DNA of 64,000 nucleotides from Bdellovibrionota bacterium FG-2 (GCA_051382305.1 JBBCAV010000153.1:6216-70215), one strand, 5' to 3'. Shown: positions 38,430 through 48,476, counted from the first letter of the stretch. Made by a program: numbers and translations. The notes: generated by a model not told the origin, from the sequence alone.

Positions 38430-40007
38430 TTAGTTGTCTAAAATGACCGGAAGCAAATCGTCCTTCAAAATATAGATTACCTCGGATCGCTCTGGCGGCG
38501 TGATGTGAAACAACACGGATTGAGCCCAGTCGCGAACAAAAGGTAACGGTGCTTTTCCGTAAACCAGCAGACCGGTCCCCGCTTCACTCTCTGCTAGGAG
38601 GTTTGCGACAATTGATTTGAGCCAGCTTTGGGCTTCGGGGCTATCGACTTTTCCGAAACGCCCCGCAAGCGGATTTAGGGCTTGAGTCATTTGCCTGCCG
38701 TCGGGGTTGAAAAGATGCATAATCTTCTCAGTCGTGTTCGTGAGCGTTGCCGTAAGCATCTTCACTTCGTCAGGAGTCCGGCAAAGATTATTGAGATCTG
38801 CCGTCGGCGGAACCACAGGCGCAGAAGCAAGGTCGGGGATTTCAATCAATAAATCACGATAGCATTGAATATTCGTAGCAGCGACATTTTCGAGAATGGC
38901 GGCAACCTGGATGGGGAATTTATTTCGGATGTGCTCAGATTTGAGAAGTGACACAATGACTTCGGCGTCTTGAGTGAGCTTGAGCGCGCCCGGCTTTTGA
39001 AGTTTGAGCAAAAACGCTTCTGTTTGGCTGGCGGAGAGTTGCCCATTCTTGAAGTCGCGCAGATTGGGTACAGCGGTTAGCCAGTCCTTATCTTGGGATG
39101 GATATCGGCAAAGCAACCATGAAGAATACTTTCGGAGCTAGAGAGAGGTGTCTGTCCCTTAGTTGTTACGCTTTGGTTGGCACAGTCTGGTTTCTTAAGG
39201 GGCGTTTCATCTGCAATTTGCAAAGAGCCCGTAAAACAAGCTTTTTCGATTTGATAAAGGACCGGTGGCCTAGCCTTGTCATCTAAGGAGAAGTTTCCAT
39301 TCGGTTTGGAGTGATAGAGGGGATAAGGAAAAATATATTCTCGATCATTAACCCACAGGGTGTCTTTATATCCGCTCACAGCGGTGTATTGAAAGAAGTT
39401 TCCGTTTACAATATCGAAGTTTCCCTGAGACAGGTTTGCCTCCTTGGGAAACTTCTTGACTGGATTTATCAAATTATCAAAATCCAGTGCGTAGCTTTCT
39501 TGGGCCGTTTTACCGAGAATTATGAAGTTTTTGCTTTGATTGAGCGTAGCGCTACCCTGCGCGGGGATAGAATAGTTTTGGATTAACGCTCCAGTCGGAA
39601 GAGAGCAATGTAGGATAGAAGAGGGGGTTTGAACGACAAAACCGGGCGTGGGTGTCAGGATCTTAACGTGCTCACTCGTACCTCCGCAGGCTTTGATAAG
39701 CTCAGCTTCTGGGCGTGTGGTCTCTATTGCCCGCTGGGGCTGAACTGGCGCATGAAATGTCAGTCGCAATTGACTTTTGAGTTTGGGATTCGAAAAGAAC
39801 CAACTTACCCAATGAAGAGCAAAGCGCTAGTCGAGTTCCATCGTTTGAAATGGAGCGAAAGGTTGAATTTTTAGGAAACGGAATTGCCACAAGGTTTTGA
39901 ACGCATTTTTCGGGAAGTGATGACGCGGTTGCAGATTCAGTAAAGAAGAGCGGCAACAAGCTTCCTAATACATTAATGAACACAGAGGTGTGCCTGCACA
40001 TTCCCAT
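38430..40007 (-). pseudogene. large secreted protein of unknown function upstream of the ART gene, broken by two frameshifts
   Basis: Three overlapping ORFs in different frames (40007..39702, 39769..39077, 39116..38430). N-terminal signal-peptide-like SVFINVLGSLLPLFFTESATA. Ends with TAA immediately followed in-frame by the ATG of the ART ORF. Confidence 0.45.
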
Positions 40008-40162
40008 GTTGGTTTTATCGGCAATTGCGGGCTTTTAATATTTAATAAAGGTTAAAGGTGTCGGTGATTGCGTCAATAAAGTAGCGGTTTTTTCTACCCC
40101 CCATCTAGTATGTTTGGAATCCAAACCGCTCCTACTCACTGGCAGAACTCAAGGACCGCCCC

Positions 40163-41155
40163 TCAATACACCCGCTCCGGCGGCAAATACTCAATCATCG
40201 CGCCCTGCCCGACATTCACGGTAAACGTCCACCCCGTATGAACATATCCATCCGCCTCAACCAAGCCCGTGGGCGGATTGGGAAACCGCGAAATTTTCCG
40301 CCATGACGAATCCACGGCTGAATCAAACTCATCGATTCCTGAGCTTTGCATTCTGCGGATTTCAATGAGCCCCCCCTCTCGATCCAAAATCACATCCACC
40401 ACGGTCGAATACTCTCCCGGCCGCACTTGCCTTCGGTAGCCAATGGAGCGAATCCGAGACTGCCAAACAGGACCAATGGCTTCATACAAACGAGCGTAAA
40501 AAGTATAAAAAATAGATTCCTTTGTATTCAAAAGATTCTCAGCCCCCTCCGGCAAATCCTTTTCACGTAGCGCCTGATCGCCCCCCTCCGAGCCGGGCTG
40601 CACTTGTTGAGCTTGCGATTTGCGCCCGTCTTTTCCTACTTTTTTGCGATCGGGAGCAAATTTCATGGGAATCCCCAAATTCCCCAGCTTTACTTTGGAT
40701 CGCGACTTAGCGGCTTCGTTTTGAGCTTTGGGCAGTGCATTTTCCTGGGGCTGCGCCTGCTGAAAAGGAACTGCGGGCTTAGGAATCACATTCGTTTGCT
40801 TTGCCCGTTGTTCTTTTTCCACCCGAACATTACGTGCGGATTCATAGCGTGCGTCCTTAGGCGCCTCCTTTTCGCTGGGCGCTTTGGGATCTTTATCGAG
40901 GAGAAACCCCGTAGGTTTCTTCTCTTGGTCACGCCATTGCTTGCGGATCGCCTCGAGTTTATTCATATCAATCTGCTTAACTTCGACAGGCATCGGACGA
41001 GCAGGCGAACTCCACTGAACCTTCACCCACATAAAAAGCAGATGAAAAATCAAAGCCGCGAGCAAAGCAAGCCACACCCCGGAGCGTCGCCATGGAGAAG
41101 GCTGATCCATACTCACTGAAGAAGTAAATGAGGAGGTGATAGCAGACGAAGACAT
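40163..41155 (-). CDS. TonB family energy transducer-like protein
   Basis: N-terminal TM segment, Pro/Lys/Gln-rich linker, C-terminal TonB-C-like region (EYSTVVDVILDREGGLIEIRRMQSSGIDEFDSA). Confidence 0.5.
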   Translation of the reverse strand: MSSSAITSSFTSSVSMDQPSPWRRSGVWLALLAALIFHLLFMWVKVQWSSPARPMPVEVKQIDMNKLEAIRKQWRDQEKKPTGFLLDKDPKAPSEKEAPKDARYESARNVRVEKEQRAKQTNVIPKPAVPFQQAQPQENALPKAQNEAAKSRSKVKLGNLGIPMKFAPDRKKVGKDGRKSQAQQVQPGSEGGDQALREKDLPEGAENLLNTKESIFYTFYARLYEAIGPVWQSRIRSIGYRRQVRPGEYSTVVDVILDREGGLIEIRRMQSSGIDEFDSAVDSSWRKISRFPNPPTGLVEADGYVHTGWTFTVNVGQGAMIEYLPPERVY

Positions 41156-41403
41156 AACTCAAACCTAACTTGAGTTGACCTGCAATCCAAGCACCTTGAA
41201 GGTGATTCCAAAATGGAACCATTTTGCGCCCCCAGAACGCCTTTGGAACCACCTACTAGTTGCGCACAGCTCAATAGAAACACTCAGACACAGATCTCAA
41301 AAGAAGAGGTCAAAAAAAACATGGCCTCAAAAGGCCTTAATTATAGGGCAACATCAAAAATCACAAAAACAACTGCCCACAAAACCTCCCAAACCCGGCC
41401 AAC

Positions 41404-41419
41404 TGGCACAAGCATTGCT
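41404..41419 (+). promoter_or_regulatory. sigma-54 promoter-like element TGGCAC-N5-TTGCT
   Basis: Exact -24/-12 consensus (GG 41405-06, GC 41417-18) in an intergenic region. Confidence 0.35.
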
Positions 41420-41436
41420 AACTGCTAAATCCGTTC

Positions 41437-41545
41437 GGCTGCTTTCACCACTGAGAAAAATCTTTTCCTTTCCAAAAAAAGGAACATTCCCCTCCATAGA
41501 GATTTAGCTCAACCAAGGGTGGTGAAAGCAGCCATTCGTTTTTTT
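41437..41545 (+). ncRNA. candidate small RNA / structured element: 15-bp perfect inverted repeat with 67-nt loop followed by T7
   Basis: ggctgctttcaccac (41437..41451) pairs with gtggtgaaagcagcc (41519..41533). ttttttt at 41539..41545. Confidence 0.3.
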
Positions 41546-41563
41546 GCGGATTAAATCTCAACT

Positions 41564-42445
41564 TTAAGACATTGCGCGGATCAAGAACCCGACGAGCATA
41601 ACGGCTAAGAAAACCAACCCCAGCTTCGCGTCTGAGCGCGCCGCAAAAACCCCCAGCGACTCCAGAAAACTGTTTTCCAAAAATGAGCGATTCAATGCCC
41701 GCGGCGTGTCCACGACTTGCTGCAACTGTTGAAATTCGCTTTCTTTTTGCGCAAAAGACGGAAAAAACTTTTCAATCGCAAAGTAAAGCTCGCGGGCAAC
41801 ACCCAGCGATTTTCTACAAGAAGCGCACGCCATTAGGTGATTTTGCACAAAAAGCTGCTCAGATTTTTTCTCAAATTCATCATCCAAAAAACGCTGCGTC
41901 CATGGCCTCAGCGTATCGTATTCAGGGCATTTGGCTCCGGTTTGCGAATTCCCAACAGGATAACGCATTGCAGCCCCAAGCCCCGCCTCTCCCAACTGTA
42001 CCCGCGCACGCCAAGCTTGCTCCTGCACCCATTCCACATCCTCATCAAAAACTCGAGCCAATCTCTGATAGGACCAGTTTCCACGATGCAGCGCAACAAG
42101 CAGAAAGCGATGTTCTGGAAACAAACGATAAAATGGATGCCCCAGCAAATGCAAATTCTCTACTAAATTCGCAGGCATCCCCTCGCGAGTCGCACGTCCA
42201 ATGAGGGCCGACGCAGCGCGCTCAAGCGTCCTCTCTGAGGTAAGCTCAAGCGACGAAACTGCACTGAGGGTCTCCGTTACAATCCGAACCGAACGCACAG
42301 GATCCGCCCAAAGTGCGACTCCTAGCTCAGTAAAAGTGCGAATTTCCTCACGATCAAGACGCGACATGGATTTCACAATACCTCTGTACCCCTTGACAGC
42401 CCTCACATTTTTGAGAGAGGCTGCCCTTGCATTGAAGTTTAACAC
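41564..42445 (-). CDS. membrane anti-sigma factor-like protein with zinc-finger (CxxC) and an N-terminal sigma region-4-like HTH
   Basis: HLMACASCRKSL ZAS-like motif, C-terminal TM. The N-terminus resembles sigma-70 region 4. Confidence 0.4.
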   Translation of the reverse strand: MLNFNARAASLKNVRAVKGYRGIVKSMSRLDREEIRTFTELGVALWADPVRSVRIVTETLSAVSSLELTSERTLERAASALIGRATREGMPANLVENLHLLGHPFYRLFPEHRFLLVALHRGNWSYQRLARVFDEDVEWVQEQAWRARVQLGEAGLGAAMRYPVGNSQTGAKCPEYDTLRPWTQRFLDDEFEKKSEQLFVQNHLMACASCRKSLGVARELYFAIEKFFPSFAQKESEFQQLQQVVDTPRALNRSFLENSFLESLGVFAARSDAKLGLVFLAVMLVGFLIRAMS

Positions 42446-42451
42446 AATGTT

Positions 42452-43711
42452 TTGTGGAGGGGAAATTCAGTGCAACTAAAAAGTTTCGCCTTTTATGCGT
42501 GCTTGGTTTTGTTGGCTTTTGAGAGTGCGCCTTCGCTTGCTCGCACCCCTAGCACCCCCATTGGGCCAATTCGCGAATCTGTGCTGAGCCTGGATGGTTT
42601 CACTTTGGCACTCAAGCATTTTTCTAACCCAGGAAAACAGCCTCTTCTTCTCATTCACGGCCTTGCGCAAAATGATCGCATCTGGGACTCACCCATTGGG
42701 CGCTATCGATTTGCACAAATCCTTCATGCTCAAGGCTATGATGTGTGGGTTGGAAACTTAAGAGGCGCGGGGACCGAAGGTTTTCGAAGCGACACGCCTC
42801 CTGGACCACACCACTGGACAGTTGATGACTATGCCATCAATGACATGCCAGCGCTGGTAGACAAGGTGTACAGAGAAACCGGTCAAAAACCTTGGCTCAT
42901 CGGCCACAGCTTGGCGGCATGGGTTTTCACGGGTTACCTTGGCGGAATTGACTACACGCTTGATGGACAAGTCAGCGCTGACGATGAAAAAAGTGCGGTC
43001 CGGCAAGCCACGGTGGCAGGAGTCATCACGATTGCAGGAGTCTACAATCTGGCTTGGGAGCATTCGGTAGAGAATCTCCTCAAAGATCCGATTCGCTCCG
43101 AAGAAGACTTCTATCACTCAAACTATGAACTGGAACTTCTGGCCAAGGATCGGCCGCTTTTCTGGATCATTCCTAGGCTCCCGGGGCTTCCACTCGGGTG
43201 GATTGGCACCGTTTTGGGGCTACAATTTGATCGGATTCCGCTGATCGGAAAAAAACTTACGCAAGCTTACTCGGGGCTGCAGTCGCAGATCATTAAAACG
43301 CCTGTGTTCAGCATGTTCTACTCGCCGTCGAACACGAATGCCGAGATGGTCAAGAAACATGTCGCCGATGGATTTGAAGACCTGGGCCCCCATCTGGTTG
43401 AGCAACTTGCGAACGCCGTGAATAATCATGAAACCACGAGCTATTATCACTTAGAGCGCCCCCTGCAAGCTTATCGCTACAGCGATGTTTTGAAGTCGCT
43501 CAAACTCCCTATCCTCTTTATGGGCGGGGAAAAAGACCGGCTCGCCTCTACACATCAGATCTACAATGACGGGTATCTGAAGACCGCGAGCCTTGATAAG
43601 ATGTTCATCACCGTCCCCAATGCCGGACACCTCGATATTCTAACCGGGGAAAACTCCTCTGAAATCACGATCCCGGCTGTCGTGCGGTTTATCGAAGACC
43701 ACCAGCGGTAA
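42452..43711 (+). CDS. secreted alpha/beta hydrolase (lipase/esterase-like)
   Basis: Signal peptide, HGLAQND oxyanion region and nucleophile elbow GHSLAA. Confidence 0.6.
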   Translation: MWRGNSVQLKSFAFYACLVLLAFESAPSLARTPSTPIGPIRESVLSLDGFTLALKHFSNPGKQPLLLIHGLAQNDRIWDSPIGRYRFAQILHAQGYDVWVGNLRGAGTEGFRSDTPPGPHHWTVDDYAINDMPALVDKVYRETGQKPWLIGHSLAAWVFTGYLGGIDYTLDGQVSADDEKSAVRQATVAGVITIAGVYNLAWEHSVENLLKDPIRSEEDFYHSNYELELLAKDRPLFWIIPRLPGLPLGWIGTVLGLQFDRIPLIGKKLTQAYSGLQSQIIKTPVFSMFYSPSNTNAEMVKKHVADGFEDLGPHLVEQLANAVNNHETTSYYHLERPLQAYRYSDVLKSLKLPILFMGGEKDRLASTHQIYNDGYLKTASLDKMFITVPNAGHLDILTGENSSEITIPAVVRFIEDHQR

Positions 43712-43738
43712 GACTAATATTTGCAGCCCCTCTGAGGC

Positions 43739-44650
43739 ATGAACAAATTTATTTTTCCACACGGCCTAAGTCGGTGGATGTTTGTCTTGACGATTCTAAC
43801 GCTTTCTTGTGCCGAATTCATGGTTTCATGTAGCAGCAAAACTACGCCGCCCCTCCCCCAAGAGAGCCAACAGCCAGGTATAGCACCCACAACCATTCCG
43901 ACCGCTGAGCCGCCGGAAACTCCGACGGAAACTCCAACAAGCCCCTCACCAGTTCCTGACGCTCCTGGAACCGCGCCTTCACCAAGCGCTCAGCCAGCGC
44001 CGTTGCCATCCGCCATCCCAAGCCCTTCTCCGATTCCCACGCCCACTGAAACCGTCACTTGGTCCATTGTCTCTGAGAAAAAAGATTGTCCCTACCCCCT
44101 TTGTAAAGGCCGTGGGCTTTTTTGGATTGACAGCACGGGGCACTACTTTCAAGAACGCGAACAGGAGTCAGAGGACGACTTTAGGTTTCCCGATGCTCTG
44201 CGAGCGCAGGGCCGAATTACTCCCAGCGAACGGGTTGAGCTCTCAGCCATTGCGGACGTGGTGGCGGAGCAGAACTTTTCGCACTGGATGAGCTGCTCAC
44301 CGATGAGTCCCGTACCGGGAATGTCGAGCGTGACCCTTCAGATGTGGTTTACGGATTGGACACTTCAAACTATCTATAAAGTGGATGTCCAGAATGAAGA
44401 GGCCTGCCACGCAGGCAGCCTACCCAAGGCGCTGGCGCTTTACCGTGTGCTCGACACCTTGGTAAATAAATACTATATCATTCCTAGTAGTTACGAACCC
44501 TGTCGCGACAAAGCTTGTGGTGAACAATGTAAGATCTGCTCGCCCGATGATCCCACGTGTGAGGAGACAGCTGTCATAAAGCACTGTGACGCGCAAAAAC
44601 ACTGTGTGCCGGGGGTCGTGAGCTGCCCACCCGCAGCTATAAGTCACTGA
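43739..44650 (+). CDS. lipoprotein with Pro/Thr/Ser-rich linker and Cys-rich C-terminal domain
   Basis: Lipobox-like LSCAEFMVSCSS, then a long PT-rich linker. Confidence 0.5.
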   Translation: MNKFIFPHGLSRWMFVLTILTLSCAEFMVSCSSKTTPPLPQESQQPGIAPTTIPTAEPPETPTETPTSPSPVPDAPGTAPSPSAQPAPLPSAIPSPSPIPTPTETVTWSIVSEKKDCPYPLCKGRGLFWIDSTGHYFQEREQESEDDFRFPDALRAQGRITPSERVELSAIADVVAEQNFSHWMSCSPMSPVPGMSSVTLQMWFTDWTLQTIYKVDVQNEEACHAGSLPKALALYRVLDTLVNKYYIIPSSYEPCRDKACGEQCKICSPDDPTCEETAVIKHCDAQKHCVPGVVSCPPAAISH

Positions 44651-44747
44651 AAATACAACCAAAAATACTGCGGCCAAAACGCAATACTGTAATTGTCAAC
44701 TAATCAATTCCGAGCTATAATCATATTTGGGGGAACTAGATATCGCT

Positions 44748-45707
44748 ATGGGGATATCGCGACGCTCTTTTGCCACTGCCTTCGTTTCAGCATGGGCAAC
44801 ACTTGCCATGTGTTCGTGCGCCGTGGAGTTCTACAACGACCCCAACGCCGAGACGCCCGCAACTGCAGCCGCGACAGCCGATAACATCGAATCGCCCACT
44901 CCAAGTCCTTCGCCTTCGGCGTCGGCAACGCCATACGCTTCGCCTTCAGCGTTGCCGAGCCCGGCATCAACTGCTTGCGCTGACATCGCAGGGGACTGGG
45001 CTGGCCCATGCAGATCAAACTCCAAAACAATGGTCTTATACACGTTTAATTCAGACTGCAGTTATAGTGGATTCACCCAAAACTTCTCCGATGCCAACTG
45101 CGCTGTTGCGACGACGCAATCAGATGTAATCTCGGGCACCCTCGGCTTGGGAACCGAATCCTCGGGACAAAAGAGTCTAACACTTACTGAAACTAGCAGC
45201 CACTTCAGCCAAACTCTCTATTCTGCAATTGAAATTATCAATAACGAACTCTTCATGCAAACTGAGTCTGCTTCAGCCGTCTCATTGACCTCGCCACTTG
45301 TTATTTCATTTACTGACACCAGCCGAGGTTTAGGCCCAGCAATGACGGCGGCAAACCTTGCAGGAACGTGGATCATAAACACTTGCGCCTGGCGTGGGGC
45401 CTACTCTGCCTATGCCAAGGACATCTATACCTTTGACGCAAATGGCGCCGCCACCCTCACAATCAAGGCCTACTCCGATGCAGGTTGCACAAGCTTAACT
45501 TCAACAAACTCAGTCTACTCGGGGCATTACGCGCTCACTGATCTTGGAGGAAACAACTCAGGTGCCCAAGGCATCAACTTTAGTAACCCCGCGCTCACCG
45601 TTGACGGACACGGCTCAGACATTTTCGTCACCTTCTGGGGATCTGGGTTCATCGGATTCGATAGCACACGCGCCATTAACACCACGCCCTACTACACCAA
45701 ACAATAA
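44748..45707 (+). CDS. secreted or lipoprotein with Pro/Ser-rich linker, Thr/Ser-rich globular domain
   Basis: Signal peptide MGISRRSFATAFVSAWATLAMCSCA. Architecture similar to the preceding gene. Confidence 0.45.
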   Translation: MGISRRSFATAFVSAWATLAMCSCAVEFYNDPNAETPATAAATADNIESPTPSPSPSASATPYASPSALPSPASTACADIAGDWAGPCRSNSKTMVLYTFNSDCSYSGFTQNFSDANCAVATTQSDVISGTLGLGTESSGQKSLTLTETSSHFSQTLYSAIEIINNELFMQTESASAVSLTSPLVISFTDTSRGLGPAMTAANLAGTWIINTCAWRGAYSAYAKDIYTFDANGAATLTIKAYSDAGCTSLTSTNSVYSGHYALTDLGGNNSGAQGINFSNPALTVDGHGSDIFVTFWGSGFIGFDSTRAINTTPYYTKQ

Positions 45708-45999
45708 CCTCCACACATTCTGTTATTCTCCCCATGTTATGTGAAAAATCAAGCAAGGACTTTGCCCTAAATTGACTTTTTGTATTCTGTGATCTCAAAA
45801 TAGTTTCTGTTTTTACGGTTCTTTTCCCTTTTCTATCTGCTTCGACAATTTTAGCTGAACGACCTGTTATTCGTAGTCAAGGCCTTAGCCTCGCCACCAG
45901 TTGCAAAATTCGCTGTCTAAAAATCATGTGCCGCGCCACATACTGGGACTACGTGATGAGAAAATCCTCTCACGAGGGGGATAACGTAGTCACGGCAAA

Positions 46000-47230
46000 G
46001 CTCTCAGTTCATACCTTTTTGTCGATGCAAATCATTGTATTCGATCAAAACTTCTATTCGCTGTTGTGTGTTTCGACTCACATGCAGACCCCCAATTGAT
46101 ATGTCATTTTTTGCCTGAAACAGGCCCTAATTCGACCACTAAGTTTTCTGGCAATGGCGACGATTGCCCTTTTCTTGCCGCGCGTGCCAGCGATCCGTTC
46201 GAACATGGCTTTAAGCGCCGGATCTTTATCTATCGCAAACCATGCGGCCTCCACCAATATTTGCCGGACTCGATACGACCCCTGATGCGTGATGTGGCCT
46301 CTTCTAACGGCGTAAGTCCAGTGAATTTGAACAGCTCCCTCTCATTATTGAATCGCTTTGATAAGTCACCCATCTCGTTTGACAGTACTCGCGCTCCAAT
46401 TGGCCCAATGCCCGGCACACTACGGTAAACCTTTTCCAGATGAAGGTCCTTTTTGCTTTGCTCCTGAAGCTTCTTTCGAAGATCCACCAACTGTAGGGTC
46501 AAAAAACGCCATTGTTCGATCAAGAGATTCAAGGAATCCGAAAGGTCCTCGGGTAATTGCGTTTCTTAGATCTCTTTTAAACGGCGATTGCAAAGCGTCC
46601 GTTTAGGAGTATTGCAAGTGAGCAAGCCAAAATAATAGAGTTTGCTCTTAATTTGTCGAGCAACACGTCCCCGCGATTCTACAATCTGCTCCCGCGTGCG
46701 TGTTAACTGCCGTCTAAGTTCTTGCGCCCGATCTGGCACAAAAATACAACGAAGTCTTCCCGCCTCTAGCTGCTCCGCGAGTTTTTTTGAATCCCGGCGA
46801 TCTGTTTTGACTTTGTCGTTAGCAGCCACTTCAACGGACGCCGCATTGATTACGATGTTGTGAATGCCTCCCTCGACCAATGTACGATGTAGTACAAACC
46901 CACTAAAACCAGCTTCGTACACGCTAAAAATACTCTTCGCATCCCCAAAGCTCCGCTTCAAGAAGGTGACGACCCCAGTCGGGTTTGCCTCCATCGTTAC
47001 CCGATAGGCGATCTCTCCGTCGCATCGAACGGTAATCGAATAAGTTTTTAAATGAACAGCAATTCCCACGTAGACTTTTTTCCCTTTATAGCTGATTTTC
47101 TTAGCGCTCATATGAGCCCCCCTTGGTTGGTTTTGTTGTTTGTTTAGCAACCTGTAACAAATGCCAATCAAGGGGATCTTTCAATAACTTCTCTCACCAC
47201 TCCTTGTGATTTTTCAGCATAGCGACTGAG
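46000..47230 (-). mobile_element. IS110-family insertion sequence remnant
   Basis: Contains the degraded IS110 transposase. Boundaries are approximate because IS110 elements lack clear terminal inverted repeats. Confidence 0.55.
46075..47111 (-). pseudogene. IS110-family transposase, disrupted by two frameshifts
   Basis: N-terminal DEDD domain (KKVYVGIAVHLKTYSI). Middle part VPGIGPIGARVLSNEMGDLSKRF...FKFTGLTPLEEATS. C-terminus in a third frame AIDKDPALKAMFERIAGTRGKKRAIVAIARKLSGRI. Confidence 0.65.
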
Positions 47231-47252
47231 AGTGTGCTAGAATCCTCCCTCT

Positions 47253-48476
47253 ATGGGAAAAATCTTGTTTTTCGTCTTCGTTCTGCTTGCCACGCTTTCG
47301 CCTTTTTCAGCCCGTGCCGGAGGCCTCTGGAAAGCCACCGAATCTTGGAACTGGGATTGGGAAAAGCGCTACGCTACCTGGGTGGACACGGAGTTGACGG
47401 CGGATTTCTTTTTCCGCTTTGGAATTCCCACCGACTGCGCCGACGCAGGCCTGGCTGCGCGCTGGATCTTCTCGCGCATCAATCACCTTCCAGCTGGAAA
47501 CCATCTCGCGGGCGCTGATAAACTTTTGACTCACCAATCAATGCGACGTGAATGGATGAGTCTGCCGACGTCTGAAAACTGGGCAGAAGACAAACGGTTT
47601 CGAGCCGCACTCGATTATCTTCTTCTTTACACCGATTCCCACAGCGTTTTCCGGGACACTTATCCTGTTGCGATCACCCCAGAAGCCCTTGCGCCCGGAA
47701 CACTTCAACTCGAAATCAGTGAGCACAGCGGCCACACCTATATTGTAAGACACCTTGATCTCACCCCCAAAGCCGAAGTGCCAATCGGACTTATGAACTC
47801 TACCGTTCCCAGAAAAGTACGAATTCTAGCTGAAACGGGGTTCTGGCGAATGGATCAACCCACCGAAGAAGAGGGGGGCTTTAGAAGGTTCCTCTGGATT
47901 AAAGAGATCGAGCATGGCCAGTGGGCACAGCTCGCGCCCGAAGAAATGCCCTACTTTTCTCGTGAGCAATTCGAACCCTTTTTTGTCGCGGGTTTTTTTA
48001 GTTTTGCCGATGCCGTGATTGTACGAATCAATCCTACCTATGACCGAGTGAAACGACTCATTGGAGGAATAGAGAGCCTCAAAACCCAACTCATCATGCG
48101 GATGCGACTCATCGAAAACGGCATTCAAGTCTGTCAAACAAATCCGTGCACTCCGCAATCGGCAAACTATTATTATTGGAGCACGGATCATCGAGACGCA
48201 CAAATCGGCGCCGTCTTCGAACAACTCGAAGCCCTTTACCAGGAACTAGCTCCCTTTCACTCAGAGCTCGCTGCGAATTGGGAAAACGAAATGAATCAAG
48301 TCTTCCTCGTCCCACTGCCTTCCTTACCTTTTTCGCTCAAAGAACTCGCTAGGCGATGGAAGACGCATCAGTATTCTTCTGATCCCAGAGATACGGAAGA
48401 AGCGCGCTGGGGTGGACCCGTAACTGAGTTAGCCCTTGAAATATCGGCGCTACGCAGCCATACTCAGGCATCATGA
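47253..48476 (+). CDS. secreted hypothetical protein with possible Cys/His (transglutaminase- or papain-like) motif
   Basis: Signal peptide MGKILFFVFVLLATLSPFSARA. DCADAG and SGHTYIVRHLD motifs. Weak assignment. Confidence 0.4.
   Translation: MGKILFFVFVLLATLSPFSARAGGLWKATESWNWDWEKRYATWVDTELTADFFFRFGIPTDCADAGLAARWIFSRINHLPAGNHLAGADKLLTHQSMRREWMSLPTSENWAEDKRFRAALDYLLLYTDSHSVFRDTYPVAITPEALAPGTLQLEISEHSGHTYIVRHLDLTPKAEVPIGLMNSTVPRKVRILAETGFWRMDQPTEEEGGFRRFLWIKEIEHGQWAQLAPEEMPYFSREQFEPFFVAGFFSFADAVIVRINPTYDRVKRLIGGIESLKTQLIMRMRLIENGIQVCQTNPCTPQSANYYYWSTDHRDAQIGAVFEQLEALYQELAPFHSELAANWENEMNQVFLVPLPSLPFSLKELARRWKTHQYSSDPRDTEEARWGGPVTELALEISALRSHTQAS

Noticed and set aside
38427-38432. TAA-ATG junction between the large secreted gene and the ART gene as evidence of a nonsense mutation in a single polymorphic-toxin gene
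   Set aside because: An in-frame stop immediately followed by ATG is also the normal form of translationally coupled adjacent genes. The sequence alone cannot decide, so it is not claimed as a fusion.
41175-41507. 110-aa + ORF in the tonB-upstream intergenic region
   Set aside because: The translation is low-complexity and Pro/Lys/Gln-rich. The region is better explained by the sigma-54 element and hairpin.
44770-45129. 119-aa Pro/Arg-rich + ORF and antisense ORFs within 44727..45707
   Set aside because: These are alternative frames of the lipoprotein gene.
46066-46428. 120-aa + ORF
   Set aside because: It is antisense to the recognisable IS110 transposase C-terminal segment.
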